Assembly (NCBI GenBank): GCA_002269645.1
Contig: NIVC01000461.1
Coordinates: 186,001-250,000 of the forward strand
Source of the DNA: Macrostomum lignano
Taxonomy: Eukaryota
DNA: 64,000 bases
Direction: 5' to 3'
The notes under the pieces are model-generated. The model was not told where the DNA came from. It did not search any database and worked only from the letters and a program-made list of their open reading frames with translations. Positions 12,140-23,844 of this stretch are shown here, piece after piece. Both the position numbers and the translations under genes were made by a program. How positions within the stretch are numbered: the stretch's first letter is position 1; each line of letters opens with the position of its first letter.

Positions 12140-13325
12140 AATTTAGGGTATTGGGGTGTTGGGATGTTGGGGGCTGAAGTGTTGGGGTGCTGGGGTACTG
12201 GAGTGTTAGGGTGTTGGGGTGTTGGGGTGTTAGGGTGTTGGGTGTTGTGGTGTTGGGGTGTTGGGGTGCTGGAGTGTTGGGGTACTGGGGTGTTGGGGTG
12301 TTGGGTGTTGGGTGTTGGGGTGTTGGGGTGCTGGAGTGTTGGGGTACTGGGGTGTTGGGGTGTTGGGGTGTTGGGGTGTTGGGGTGTTGGGGTACTGGAG
12401 TGTTGGGGTACTGGGGTCTGGGGTGTTGGGGTGTTGGGGTGTTGGGGTGTTGGGGTGTTGGGGTGCTGGGGTGCTGAAGTGTTGGGGTACTGGGGTCTGG
12501 GGTGTTAGGGTGTTGGGGTGTTGGGGTGTTGGGGTGCTGGAGTGTTGGGGTACTGGGGTCTGGGGTGTTGGGGTTTTGGGTGTTGGGTGTTGGGGTGTTG
12601 TGATGCTAGATTACAGAGGTGTTGGGTGTTGGGGTGTTGTGATGCTAGATTACAGAGGTGTTGGGTGTTGGGGTGTTGTGATGCTAGATTACAGAGGTGT
12701 TGGGTGTTGGGGTGTTGTGATGCTAGATTACAGAGGTGTTGGGTTTTGGGGTGTTGTGATGCTAGATTACAGAGGTGTTGGGTGTTGGGGTGTTGTGATG
12801 CTAGATTACAGAGGTGTTGGGTGTTGGGGTGTTGTGATGCTAGATTACAGAGGTGTTGGGTGTTGGGGTGTTGTGATGCTAGATTACAGAGGTGTTGGGT
12901 TTTGGGGTGTTGTGATGCTAGATTACAGATGTGTTGGGTGTTGGGGTGTTGTGATGCTAGATTACAGATGTGTTGGGTGTTGGGGTGTTGTGATGATAGA
13001 TTACAGATGTGTTGGGTGTTGGGGTGTTGTGATGCTAGATTACAGATGTGTTGGGTGTTGGGGTGTTGTGATGCTAGATTACAGATGTGTTGGGTGTTGG
13101 GGTGTTGTGATGCTAGATTACAGATGTGTTGGGTGTTGGGGTGTTGTGATGATAGATTACAGATGTGTTGGGTGTTGGGGTGTTGTGATGATAGATTACA
13201 GATGTGTTGGGTGTTGGGGTGTTGTGATGCTAGATTACAGATGTGTTGGGTGTTGGGGTGTTGTGGTGCTAGATTACAGATGTGTTGGGTGTTGGGGTGT
13301 TGTGGTGCTAGATTACAGAGGTGTT
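12140..13325. repeat. G-rich compound array: (GGGGTGTT)n-like tract grading into a 39-bp minisatellite (~19 copies)
   Basis: 12140-12595 is GGGGTGTT/GGGGTACT/GGAGTGTT octamers. 12590-13325 has the unit GGGTGTTGGGGTGTTGTGATGCTAGATTACAGA(G/T)GTGTT. Confidence 0.95.
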
Positions 13326-14154
13326 GGGGTATTGCCGCTTAGGTTCTATAAGGGCAAAAATTCAACAAGCAAGACTCAATATGCACATAAATAGCTTAGC
13401 GAATATTAATCCAATAAAAATGTATATTCTAACAGGCGCCACAGACAGACTGTGCTTGTCCAGTCGAGGGTGCAAGTTCAGAAACTGGACAATATGGTTT
13501 GGGGGCTATGGGCGCAGGTAGAAAGTTTTATATTGCTAGAGGTACGGGAATATTTCAGTTCATCAAGCAGCTTTTGACTCCAGACCAAAAACGCATCAAT
13601 TTTTGGGTGATACAGAGAACAGTTGATGAGACAAAACTTGCATTCAAAAGCGATTGGAAAACAAATTTTCGATGCCAAGATTATTTCCGAATTGTGAATA
13701 GTGAAGGATTCATCTAAAAATTAATTTAGCAGATTAGCTGCGATTAAGTGTGCGATTCTCATGGCGAGAATTGAGCTGGGAATGCAAATTCTGAATCCCA
13801 GTAGACAGAAGGCAGGATTGACTGACTGGCTTGGGGTCGCCTGGCCCGGGCCTCAGTCTAATAGCGGTGATGATGCTTCCAGCCTCTCCGATGCTTAAAA
13901 GTGGCATAGGGGGGGGGGTGGGGGGCACTTCTCCGTTCTCACTCGCCCATCCCTCTCTTCAGCCATCGCTCTGAGATTTCCTTTGGCCTCCAAAATTTCA
14001 CGTCATGGCGAGAGGGCGAGGCAGTGAGAGGGCGAGGCATTGAAGAGAAAGGCGGGTGGAGTTGCCACCCGTGATTGAAATGCTGAGCAGGCCTACCGCC
14101 CCAAACCCCCTGCTCGGCCCTTGAGATCCCTCTTGAACGCCGGGGTTGGAAGCC

Positions 14155-16535
14155 TCATCGTCTCCGCAGGTCCAGCCTTATGATCCGCAGGAAGGCCTTC
14201 TTGAACTGCGCATTGGCTAGCGCGTAGCAGAACGGATTGATGGGGCTGTTGAGGTAGCACAGCCAGTAGCCCAGGTTGAACAGGTGCTTATTGAGGCACT
14301 GAGCCTGGCAGATGCTGCGGATCAGGATGAAGATGTGATAGGGCGTCCAGCAGACCACGAAGGCGCCAAGGATCAGCGTGATGGTCTTCAGCGCCTTCCG
14401 GGCCCGATTCTCCGTGCGCGACTGCTTCTTCTTCTGCCGGTCCTGCCGTTTCGTCCGCACCCGACTGCGCAGCCGCCTCGTAGCGTCCCGGAACGACTGG
14501 GCGAGCGTCGGCAGGTGCAGCTGCTTCCGCCGCTCCTCGGCGCCGCACTGGATCACTTCGATCTCGTCGTCGCCGACTGTCTGCGTCGACTGCTGCGCCG
14601 TTCGTCGCACCGGCTGCGGCAGCGGCAGCTCCACCACTGAGGTGACCACGCGGTCCCGTTCGCCGGAGTTCAAGTCAACGCGGGTCTGCACGGCGGCCGC
14701 TTCGGCCGCGGCGGCCAGCTCGTCCTCATAAGATGGCCGCCGCTTCCAAATCGGAGAGCCGGGCCTGGCCGAGCGGTCATTGACGAGGATCTGGCTGTGC
14801 TTGGGCAGCAGTTCGATGAGCAGCCGCATGGAGTCGATGGATGGATTCGACCGGATGCTCTCCTCGTCGATATAACGGAGGCCTTCAAACTCGTCCGACG
14901 GAGCGCACAAGGAGAACTGCAGAGTCTTCAGCTGCGGCTGCTGCTGCTGCGTATCCGCTAGGCTGACGGCGCCACTATGCCCGTTGGCGTCCAGGGCGGC
15001 GTTCTCAAAGCTGAGTCCGCTGGCAGTGTGATAATCGGAGTCGTTGGACGCGGTCAGCTTCTGGCTGACAACAGCGGACGTGGCCACGGTCACAATTGCC
15101 AAAGAAGGCGGCGACGGAGGAGGGGAGGCGCGGACGCTCCAGGTGCCTCCCGGGCGGTCGCAGGGTCCGAGGCCTGGTCGGTCATTGGCTGTTTCGAATT
15201 GTTCTGCCGGCTGTCAGCGCTGTTGGCGGCGGGCAGTCTCGACGTGGCTGAGCCCGGCGCCACCGAAGCCCCCGTCGTGGTGGCTCGCCCGGCGCCGGTG
15301 GAGGTCGGCTCCGGCGTGTGCAGCCCGTTGTCCGAGTCCGAGGGCAGCGCCGGCGAGCTCGACCGATCGTCCTCGGCTCGGGAGGAGCAGTAGTCCGAGG
15401 ACAGTCCGCTCCGGTAGGAGGTGCTCTGGCTGTGCACCGCCCGTCGGCCACCGCCGCCGCCGCCGCCAGCGTTGTTGCCGCTCTTTTTCTTGTCCTTCTT
15501 CGACACTTTTCGCGCGTCGTGCGACCCGCCGGCGGCGGCTTTTGAGGAGGAGCCGGCTGCTGCTCCGCCCCTGCCGGCAGTGACGTCACCACCTCCGCCT
15601 CCGCCACCAGCGGCTTTGATCAGCGGCCTCTGCGGGCTCTTGCCGGCCTCGCCGCCGCCGGCGCTACCGCTGCCTCGTCCGCCTCCACCACCACCGCCGC
15701 CGCCTCCACCTCCGCCGCCGCCAGCTTCGTGTGACGGACTCCGCTGGGCGTTGGTGATCCCGATGCCCACCCGGGCAGTCTGGTTGGCCATGGTTATGAG
15801 GTTGCTGACCTTCTGCCGCTTGGCCTCGGACTTCCTGGCCAGGTTGAGCGCCACCCGGTAGATGCCGATGTACAGCGCGATCATGGCCACCAGGGTCACC
15901 CAGAAGTAGCAGATGGTCAGCACTGTGTTGTAGACGGGATCCTCAGAGAACTCAGCGTAGCAAGCATCCTCGCTGCGCACCTTGCTTGACAGGTAGGGCC
16001 AGGCAAAAGTTGACGGCACGAACAGCATAGCGGGCAGCACCCAGGTGGCCGCCACCATCAGCTGCACTTTGCGTTCGGTGCGCCACTTCCTGTACTTCGC
16101 TGGAATCTTCACCGAGCAGAATCTGTCCACAGTGATGCAGAACACGGTGTACTGCGACGTCAGGCAGGCCGTGTAGTCCAACGACAGCCACATGTTGCAC
16201 ACGAAGCGGCCGAGAGGCCACTTGCCCAGCAGGAGGTACAGGGTGTACAGGTTCATGCTGAACATGCCGATCAGCAGGTCAGTGATGGCCAGCGAGGCGA
16301 TTAAATAGTTGGTGGCGCTGCGCAGCTGGCGTTCAACGAAGAACGCCGTGATGACCAGCAGGTTGCCGACCACGGTGACGAAGCTGGCCACCGAGGCCAG
16401 GAAGCCGAGCAGGCCCATCACCGGGGTGGAGTACTCCGGCTCGGTGGCGTTGGCGGCGGCGGTTGCAGCCACCGTGGTCGAGACGAACAGAAGCTCGTCA
16501 GGCAGGGTGCTGCCCAGCTGCGGCAGCTGCGACAT
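14155..16535 (-). CDS. mAChR-B: Muscarinic acetylcholine receptor, B-type (invertebrate), class A GPCR; reading frame split by a 1-nt shift in intracellular loop 3
   Basis: ORF 15090-16538 encodes TM1-TM5 (GNLLV; LAITDLLIG; WLSLDYTACLTSQY; TVDRFCSVKIPAKYRKWRT). ORF 14155-15102 encodes TM6-TM7 (ENRARKALKTITLILGAFVVCWTPYH; LGYWLCYLNSPINPFCYALAN). DRFCSV..AKYR and WTPYH are B-type features, whereas the A-type has DRYFSV and WTPYN. ATG is at 16535 with a splice acceptor just upstream (exon start 16564). Adding one base near 15122-15125 gives ~793 aa. Confidence 0.88.
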
Positions 16536-16604
16536 CACCGCGAGATGGACGAACGGCGCGCCTCCTGTAATGATGCGGGTGGTGCATGATCGACTTTCAC
16601 AGAT

Positions 16605-18265
16605 GCGACTGGGTCAGCACTGCTTGATACTGGGTCAGTACTGTTTGATACTGGGTCAGCACTGCTTGATAGTGTGTCAGCACTGTTTGATACTGTGTCA
16701 GCACTGTTTGATACTGTGTCAGCACTGTTCGATACTGTGTCAGCACTGTTTGATACTGTGTCAGCACTGTTTGATACTGTGTCAGCACTGTTTGGTACTG
16801 TGTCAGCACTGTTTGGTACTGTGTCAGCACTGTTTGATACTGTGTCAGCACTGCTTGATAGTGTGTCAGCACTGTTTGGTACTGTTTCAGCACTGTTCGA
16901 TACTGTGTCAGAACTGCTTGATACTGGGTCAGCACTGCTTGATACTGGGTCAGAACTGCTTGATACTGGGTCAGTACTGTTTGATACTGGGTCAGCACTG
17001 TTTGGTACTGTGTCAGCACTGTTTGATACTGTGTCAGCACTGTTTGATACTGGGTCAGCACTGTTTGGTACTGTGTCAGCACTGCTCGATACTGTGTCAG
17101 CACTGTTTGGTACTGTGTCAGCACTGCTCGATACTGTGTCAGTACTGTTTGATACTGGGTCAGTACTGTTTGATACTGTGTCAGCACTGTTTGATACTGG
17201 GTCAGCACTGCTTGATACTGGGTCAGCACTGTTTGATACTGGGTCAGCACTGTTTGATACTGGGTCAGCACTGTTTGATACTGTGTAAGCACTGTTTGAT
17301 ACTGGGTCAGCACTGTTTGATACTGTGTCAGCACTGTTCGATACTGTGTCAGCACTGTTTGATACTGTGTCAGCACTGCTTGATACTGTGTCAGCACTAT
17401 TTGATACTGTGTGAGCACTGTTTGATACTGTGTCAGCACTGCTTGATACTGGGTCAGCACTGTTTGATACTGTGTCAGCACTGCTTGATACTGGGTCAGC
17501 ACTGTTTGATACTGTGTGAGCACTGTTTGATACTGGGTCAGCACTGTTTGATACTGTGTCAGCACTGTTTGATACTGGGTCAGCACTGTTTGATACTGGG
17601 TCAGCACTGTTTGATACTGGGTCAGCACTGTTTGATACTGTGTGAGCACTGTTTGATACTGTGTCAGCACTGTTTGATACTGTGTCAGCACTGTTTGATA
17701 CTGGGTCAGCACTGTTTGATACTGGGTCAGCACTGTTTGATACTGGGTCAGCACTGTTTGATACTGGGTCAGCACTGCTTGATACTGTGTCAGCACTGTT
17801 TGATACTGGGTCAGCACTATTTGATACTGTGTGAGCACTGTTTGATACTGTGTCAGCACTGTTTGATACTGTGTGAGCACTGTTTGATACTGTGTCAGCA
17901 CTGTTTGATACTGGGTCAGCACTGTTTGATACTGGGTCAGCACTGCTTGATACTGTGTCAGCACTGTTTGATACTGGGTCAGCACTGTTTGATACTGTGT
18001 GAGCACTGTTTGATACTGTGTCAGCACTGTTTGATACTGTGTGAGCACTGTTTGATACTGTGTCAGCACTGTTTGATACTGGGTCAGCACTGTTTGATAC
18101 TGGGTCAGCACTGCTTGATACTGTGTCAGCACTGTTTGATACTGGGTCAGCACTGTTTGATACTGTGTGAGCACTGTTTGATACTGTGTCAGCACTGTTT
18201 GATACTGTGTCAGCACTGTTTGATACTGGGTCAGCACTGTTTGATACTGGGTCAGTACTGTTTGA
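16605..18265. repeat. 21-bp minisatellite, ~79 copies, directly upstream of the mAChR coding exon
   Basis: The unit is CAGCACTGTTTGATACTG(T/G)GT. It explains the QHCLILC and YQTVLTQ pseudo-ORFs. Confidence 0.97.
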
Positions 18266-19519
18266 TATTCAACAGATGACAAACCCTCTTTCAGACAGAA
18301 GTGTACTAAAAGTTCAAAGAGAAATTCGCCTGCATAGACTGGACAGCAAGATGGCTGCTAGGCGGCTTGCTTTCCACTGATATGCGAGGCAAAATAAGCT
18401 TGATCAGTTTGCGCAGCCAGCTGGGTCCCACCCGACAGGACTGGGTTTGGGTCTCTCCCCTTCTCTGCTATCTTGTCTCCCGTTCCCCATCTCGCAATTA
18501 CACTTTGGTTGCAGAACATTTTTACCATGGTTCTGCCCAGATGCCCCAGCGTGTGTTGGGCTGCGATAGCATGATTTGGCTCAATTTCGCCGCGCATAAT
18601 AACCTGATTAGCTGCGGTGCCATGCACTGTTCCGGCTTCTCCTCTCCCCTCTTTGCGGTCTCCCTCCCTCTCTGCTCTCTTCTTATTATTCTCGAATTCG
18701 GCCAGGCTTTTCTCGGGAAATTTTGGTTCTCCAAATTTCAGATTTTCTCTTTTCTTCTTCTAGCCCAACACCCCCCTCCACTTCCACCTCTCCGTTCTTT
18801 ATTAAGCGAAGTTCAGCGTAGCGGGCGCGCCAGAAGCCGACTTTCAATCCGTCAGAGGCGTCAGGCTGCCTTCCGCCCGTTTATCGTTCAAAAGGCGTCA
18901 CCTATTGACGCACAATGGAAGCTCCGGGTAACCCATTGTCAAGCCGCATTCTTTTTGGCTACAATTTTTTTGAACAACTAGTAACTGATGCTGGATAATA
19001 TCCTTGCTGCTGCTGCAGAGCAGAGTCCAGGGATTTCGACTCTGATATCTATCTAGCGCACATGAGCTTCAGAGTGAGGTGTTTTATAAAGAAATAGTCT
19101 AACTTAGATAAGAGAATAAGGATTAAGCGAAGATTCCCCAGATTTACTGCAGCAGCAGCCACTGCTACAGAACTGCTCTCGGCCATAGACAATGAAGCTG
19201 CACTCTCCTAGTCACTGTTCAAGGCTCTTTCCTCTGATTAAAGGACAATCAAGTAGAGAACTTTTAAAATATTCTCTGGCTCTCTGTACTGATTATTTAT
19301 CTGACTGCTATTGCTGGTTTCTGTCTCCAGCCACTCTCCCTCTATTGCTGTTTCTCTTGTCTTCTATTGTATCAGTGTTTCTACCTCAACCTCTCTATCC
19401 CTCCCTCTCTCCACTCACTCTCCCTACCTTTCCCTCTCTTTTTCCCCGATCTCACCCTGTCTGTCTACCTATATATCTCCCCTGCCTCTCGCTCAGTGTC
19501 CTCCTCTCCTTTCTTTCCT

Positions 19520-20730
19520 CTCTCCTGAGCTCCTGGGATCTCTCCTGAGCTCCTGGGATCTCTCCTGAGTTCATGGGATCTCTCCTGAGCTCCTGGGATC
19601 TCCTGAGTTCATGGGATCTCTTCTGAGCTCCTGGGATCTCTCCTGAGCTCCTGGGATCTCCTGAGTTCATGGGATCTCTCCTGAGCTCCTGGGATCTCTT
19701 CTGAGCTCCTGGGATCTCTCCTGAGCTCCTGGGATCTCTTCTGAGCTTCTGGGATCTCTTCTGAGCTTCTGGGATCTCTCCTGAGCTCCTGGGATCTCTT
19801 CTGAGCTCCTGGGATCTCTCCTGAGCTCCTGGAATCTCCTGAGTTCATGGGATCTCTCCTGAGCTCCTGGGATCTCTTCTGAGCTCCTGGGATCTCTCCT
19901 GAGCTCCTGGAATCTCCTGAGTTCATGGGATCTCTCCTGAGCTCCTGGGATCTCTTCTGAGCTCCTGGGATCTCTCCTGAGCTCCTGGGATCTCTTCTGA
20001 GCTCCTGGGATCTCTCCTGAGCTCCTGGGATCTCTTCTGAGCTCCTGGGATCTCTCCTGAGCTCCTGGAATCTCCTGAGTTCATGGGATCTCTTCTGAGC
20101 TCATGGGATCTCCTGAGTTCATGGGATCTCTCCTGAGTTCATGGGATCTCTCCTGAGTTCATGGGATCTCCTGAGTTCATGGAATCTCTCCTGAGTTCAT
20201 GGGATCTCTCCTGAGTTCATGGGATCTCCTGAGTTCATGGGATCTCCTGAGTTCATGGGATCTCTCCTGAGTTCATGGGATCTCCTGAGTTCATGGGATC
20301 TCTGGAATTCATGGGATCTCCTGAGTTCATGGGATCTCCTGAGTTCATGGGATCTCCTGAGTTCATGGGATCTCTCCTGAGTTCATGGGATCTCTCCTGA
20401 GTTCATGGGATCTCCTGAGTTCATGGGATCTCTCCTGAGTTCATGCGATCTCCTGAGCTCATGGGATCTCCTGAGTTCATGGGATCTCCTGAGTTCATGG
20501 GATCTCTCCTGAGTTCATGGGATCTCCTGAGTTCATGGGATCTCTTGAGTTCATGGGATTTCCTGAGTTCATGGGATCTCTCCTGAGTTCATGCGATCAC
20601 TCCTGAGTTCATGGAATCTCTCTTGAGTTCATGGGATCTCCTGAGTTCATGGGATCTCTTGAGTTCATGGGATCTCTCCTGAGTTCATGGAATCTCTCCT
20701 GAGTTCATGCGATCTCCTGAGCTCGTGGGA
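19520..20730. repeat. 20/22-bp minisatellite with two sequence zones
   Basis: The left zone is CTCCTGAGCTCCTGGGATCT(CT) and the right zone is CTCCTGAGTTCATGGGATCT(CT). Confidence 0.95.
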
Positions 20731-21836
20731 TCTCTCCTCAGCGAATCATTGACAATTTTTTTCGACACCACTTTAACCCCGCGGAAGCGCGAACGCAGCG
20801 AAGCTGAAGCGCATTCAAGAGAAATGATTGGAAAATGCAAAATAGTGCGCAATCAAATTAGCACTCGCAATATTCCCACAGCCTGGTTTAGCATACAGCT
20901 CTCGGTGCCAGCCCCCCCCCCCTCGAAAATTGTGAGCCAATCCGACAGCTGCTTGGCCCGCCATGCAGCTTCTTTCCAGCTTCATCCAGACCTGCAGTTT
21001 TTCCCGGGCAGCAGCAGAGGTGCAGAAGAAATTCTCCTCTTTCACTCTCCTGGTTTTCTCCAGACCTTCAGTCGCAAAAATGGGATCTCTCCGATTGGGA
21101 TTCCCAGTCTTCTCCCAGAGGGATTTCGCACTTGTTTCTGCTGCCTTCGTTTTAACGCTCAGCTTCCTTCACCTAAGCCCGTCCTGCGCCCTCAGACTCC
21201 CGCTGAAGCCTCCCGTCCTCTTCATCGTCTGGGAGATTATCCCATCTCCTCCTCCCCACCGAAATCCTCGAATCCCCTTTGCGCCGCGTGCGCCGAATTA
21301 GCAGAGAGTCCCCTCTCTCTCCCCGACTCGACTCGCTTGGGAAAAAAATGCGCGCCATCATCGCAATATGAGACCCCGCGCCGGTCCAAATTCTAACGAC
21401 CGGCTGATAGCAGAAGCCGCCAATTGCTGTAAAGCAGTTTTTCACATTTTTATGGTTTCCAATTACGCCTGAGAATTGGGCCGAGCTGAATTCTCCTGCT
21501 GGCTTTTGAATCTTGCACTGCCGAAATTTCAACAGGGGCAGAGACGGACTGACAGACAAAAATTCTAGGGAGGGGAGGGGTCTGCGGCTAATTGAATCTT
21601 CCAGCCAGCGAGGTGCGCAGGTGGGTCTCGCTGACCTTCGCTCTGAAAAGTGCGCGCGAGGCTGGGCTGCGGGGAGGGCGGGCTGCCGCCCGAATCCCTC
21701 ATCATGAAGCCATTAGATAGTTGTTATCCCCCCTAGGCCAGGTAAAACTGCTTCAGGCCCGCTAATGGCTTCCAGCTGAGTGCTGGGAAACAGATTTCTG
21801 ATATCACCTGGGCTCTGATACCCGCCATGGCAACAC

Positions 21837-21913
21837 TGCCTATCTATCTATCTATCTATCTATTGATCTATCTATCTATCTATCTATCGATCTATCTATC
21901 TATCTATCTATCG

Positions 21914-21944
<31 letters not shown>

Positions 21945-21945
21945 C

Positions 21946-22005
<60 letters not shown>

Positions 22006-22040
22006 ATCTATCTATCCATCTATCTATCTATCTATCTATC
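21837..22040. repeat. (TATC)n microsatellite
   Basis: Directly visible. Confidence 0.97.
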
Positions 22041-22399
22041 AGTGTGCAGGGCTCTTCAACTAATGCCGAGGTGAATGTGAGAGGATTTTTCCCGGGAATT
22101 CGCTCTCAATGGCCCCAGAGGAAGCCGCAGGGCTGCCAATCAGGGGTTGGCAGGAAGCTCGGGGCGCTGCAGACCTTGGAATTTCAATGAGCAGCCGGAT
22201 CAACAGGAAGATTGTGGCAACATCCGCGAGTTTTTATTGAGAAAATTGAATAGGAATTTCGGGCAAAAAATCGAGAATTATTGAGATGAAGAAGGACAAA
22301 CAGACTCGTGAGCAGAGTTTCCATGTTCAACTGTGTTCTCACTGCCAGAATAGCGGTTATTGACAGGCAAGTGCACAGGAGTGCCTAGTAGAAAGCCAG

Positions 22400-22575
22400 T
22401 GAGTTCATGAGTGAGTTCATGAGTGAGCTCATGAGTGAGTTCATGAGTGAGTTCATGAGTGAGCTCATGAGTGAGTTCATGAGTGAGTTCATGAGTGAGT
22501 TCATGAGTGAGTTCATGAGTGAGTTCATTAGTGAGTTCATGAGTGAGTTCATGAGTGAGTTCATGAGTGAGTCAA
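22400..22575. repeat. 12-bp tandem repeat (GAGTTCATGAGT)n
   Basis: About 14 copies with GAGCTCATG variants. Confidence 0.93.
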
Positions 22576-22889
22576 TTAGTTCATAAGTTCTTGGCTTCGT
22601 GAGTTAGCGAGTAAAATTGACAGTGAGCAGTGAGTAGAAAAAGTCAGAGAATGCGCTTCTTTATTCCATGTGGTAATCTGCGCTCGTACATTACAAATCG
22701 AATCGCAGTCCCCGACATTGCCGCCTGTCCCGGCCGTGTGATTACTATTTATTACTTTTATCGGCTCAGATTAGCGCCAGAGGCAGGAAGAGCTGACTGG
22801 AAGACCCACATCCGATCGGCTTAGCTGAGCCACTAGCACGAACTCCGCACTGGCTGCTGCAGCTTTCATAATCCTCCGCCGTCGCTCTT

Positions 22890-23335
22890 GCCACTCCTTC
22901 TTACCCTCCCTCCCTCCTCTCTTCCTCTCTCCCTCTCTCTCCCTCTCTCTCTCTCTCCGTCTCTCCCTCCTCCCTCTCTCTCTCCTTCTCTCCGCCTCTC
23001 TCCCTCTCTCCCCCTCTCTCTCTCTCCTTCTCTCCCTCCCTCTCTCTCTCCCTCTCTCCCCCTCTCTCTCTCTCCGTCTCTCCCTCCTCCCTCTCTCTCT
23101 CCTTCTCTACCCCTCTCTCCCTCTCTCCCCCCTCTCTCTCTCCCTCTCTTCCTCTCTCTCCCTCTCTCTCTCTCCTTCTCTCCCTCCCTCTCTTCCTCTC
23201 TCTCCCTCTCTTCCCCCTCCCTCTCTCCCTCTCTCCCTCCCTCCCTCGCTCTCCCCCTCTCTCTCCCTCTCTCCCCCTCTCTCTCCTTCTCTCCCTCCCT
23301 CTCTCCCTCCCTCCTTCTCTTTATCTCTCTCCCCT
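22890..23335. repeat. CT-rich polypyrimidine low-complexity tract
   Basis: Degenerate (CT)n/(CTCC)n. Confidence 0.93.
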
Positions 23336-23844
23336 AAAAAGTGCAGCTACCCGCCAAGCGCCTGGCCGATCAGCTCAGTGAGTGATGCTCAAAATTACAG
23401 GAGTCGGCAGTCGAAGAACAAAGACAAATAGAGAGAGAAACACAGAAACGAAGGATGCTCAGCGATCATCTCAGTAATTTCCGACCGCAACTCGCAATTA
23501 CTATTCTTTTCCATTTTCTGTCATGCCCGAGTCGAAGTTTTGCTAGCTGTCGTTAAAAATCGGCAAAAGTTAGTCATATATAATAACATTGGTTTCTGCG
23601 AAATCTAAACAGCCTGCAGGTAACGGGGCCTGCTGCTCGGTTATTACAAGGGACAAGAGAGCGGGGCCTGCTGATTTCTTTCTCTCCAAGGGACCGCTAC
23701 TGGCTAATGAGGGCCCGCCTTGATGCGGCAGCGCTGCTGAGCAAAACAGACAGGGCAGGGCCTGTCATCGCGCTGTTGCTTGCGTGCCCGCTAGCGGGCT
23801 ATTTTTAGCATATTTAACTATGCAGTTTCAGGCGTGCGTTTCTG

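Noticed and set aside
12083-13394. Cys/Trp/Gly-rich ORFs
   Set aside because: They derive from the G-rich tandem array and are open in all three + frames.
16309-18282. 656-aa and 561-aa ORFs (QHCLILC, YQTVLTQ)
   Set aside because: These are translations of a stop-free 21-bp minisatellite, open on both strands and antisense to or upstream of the GPCR.
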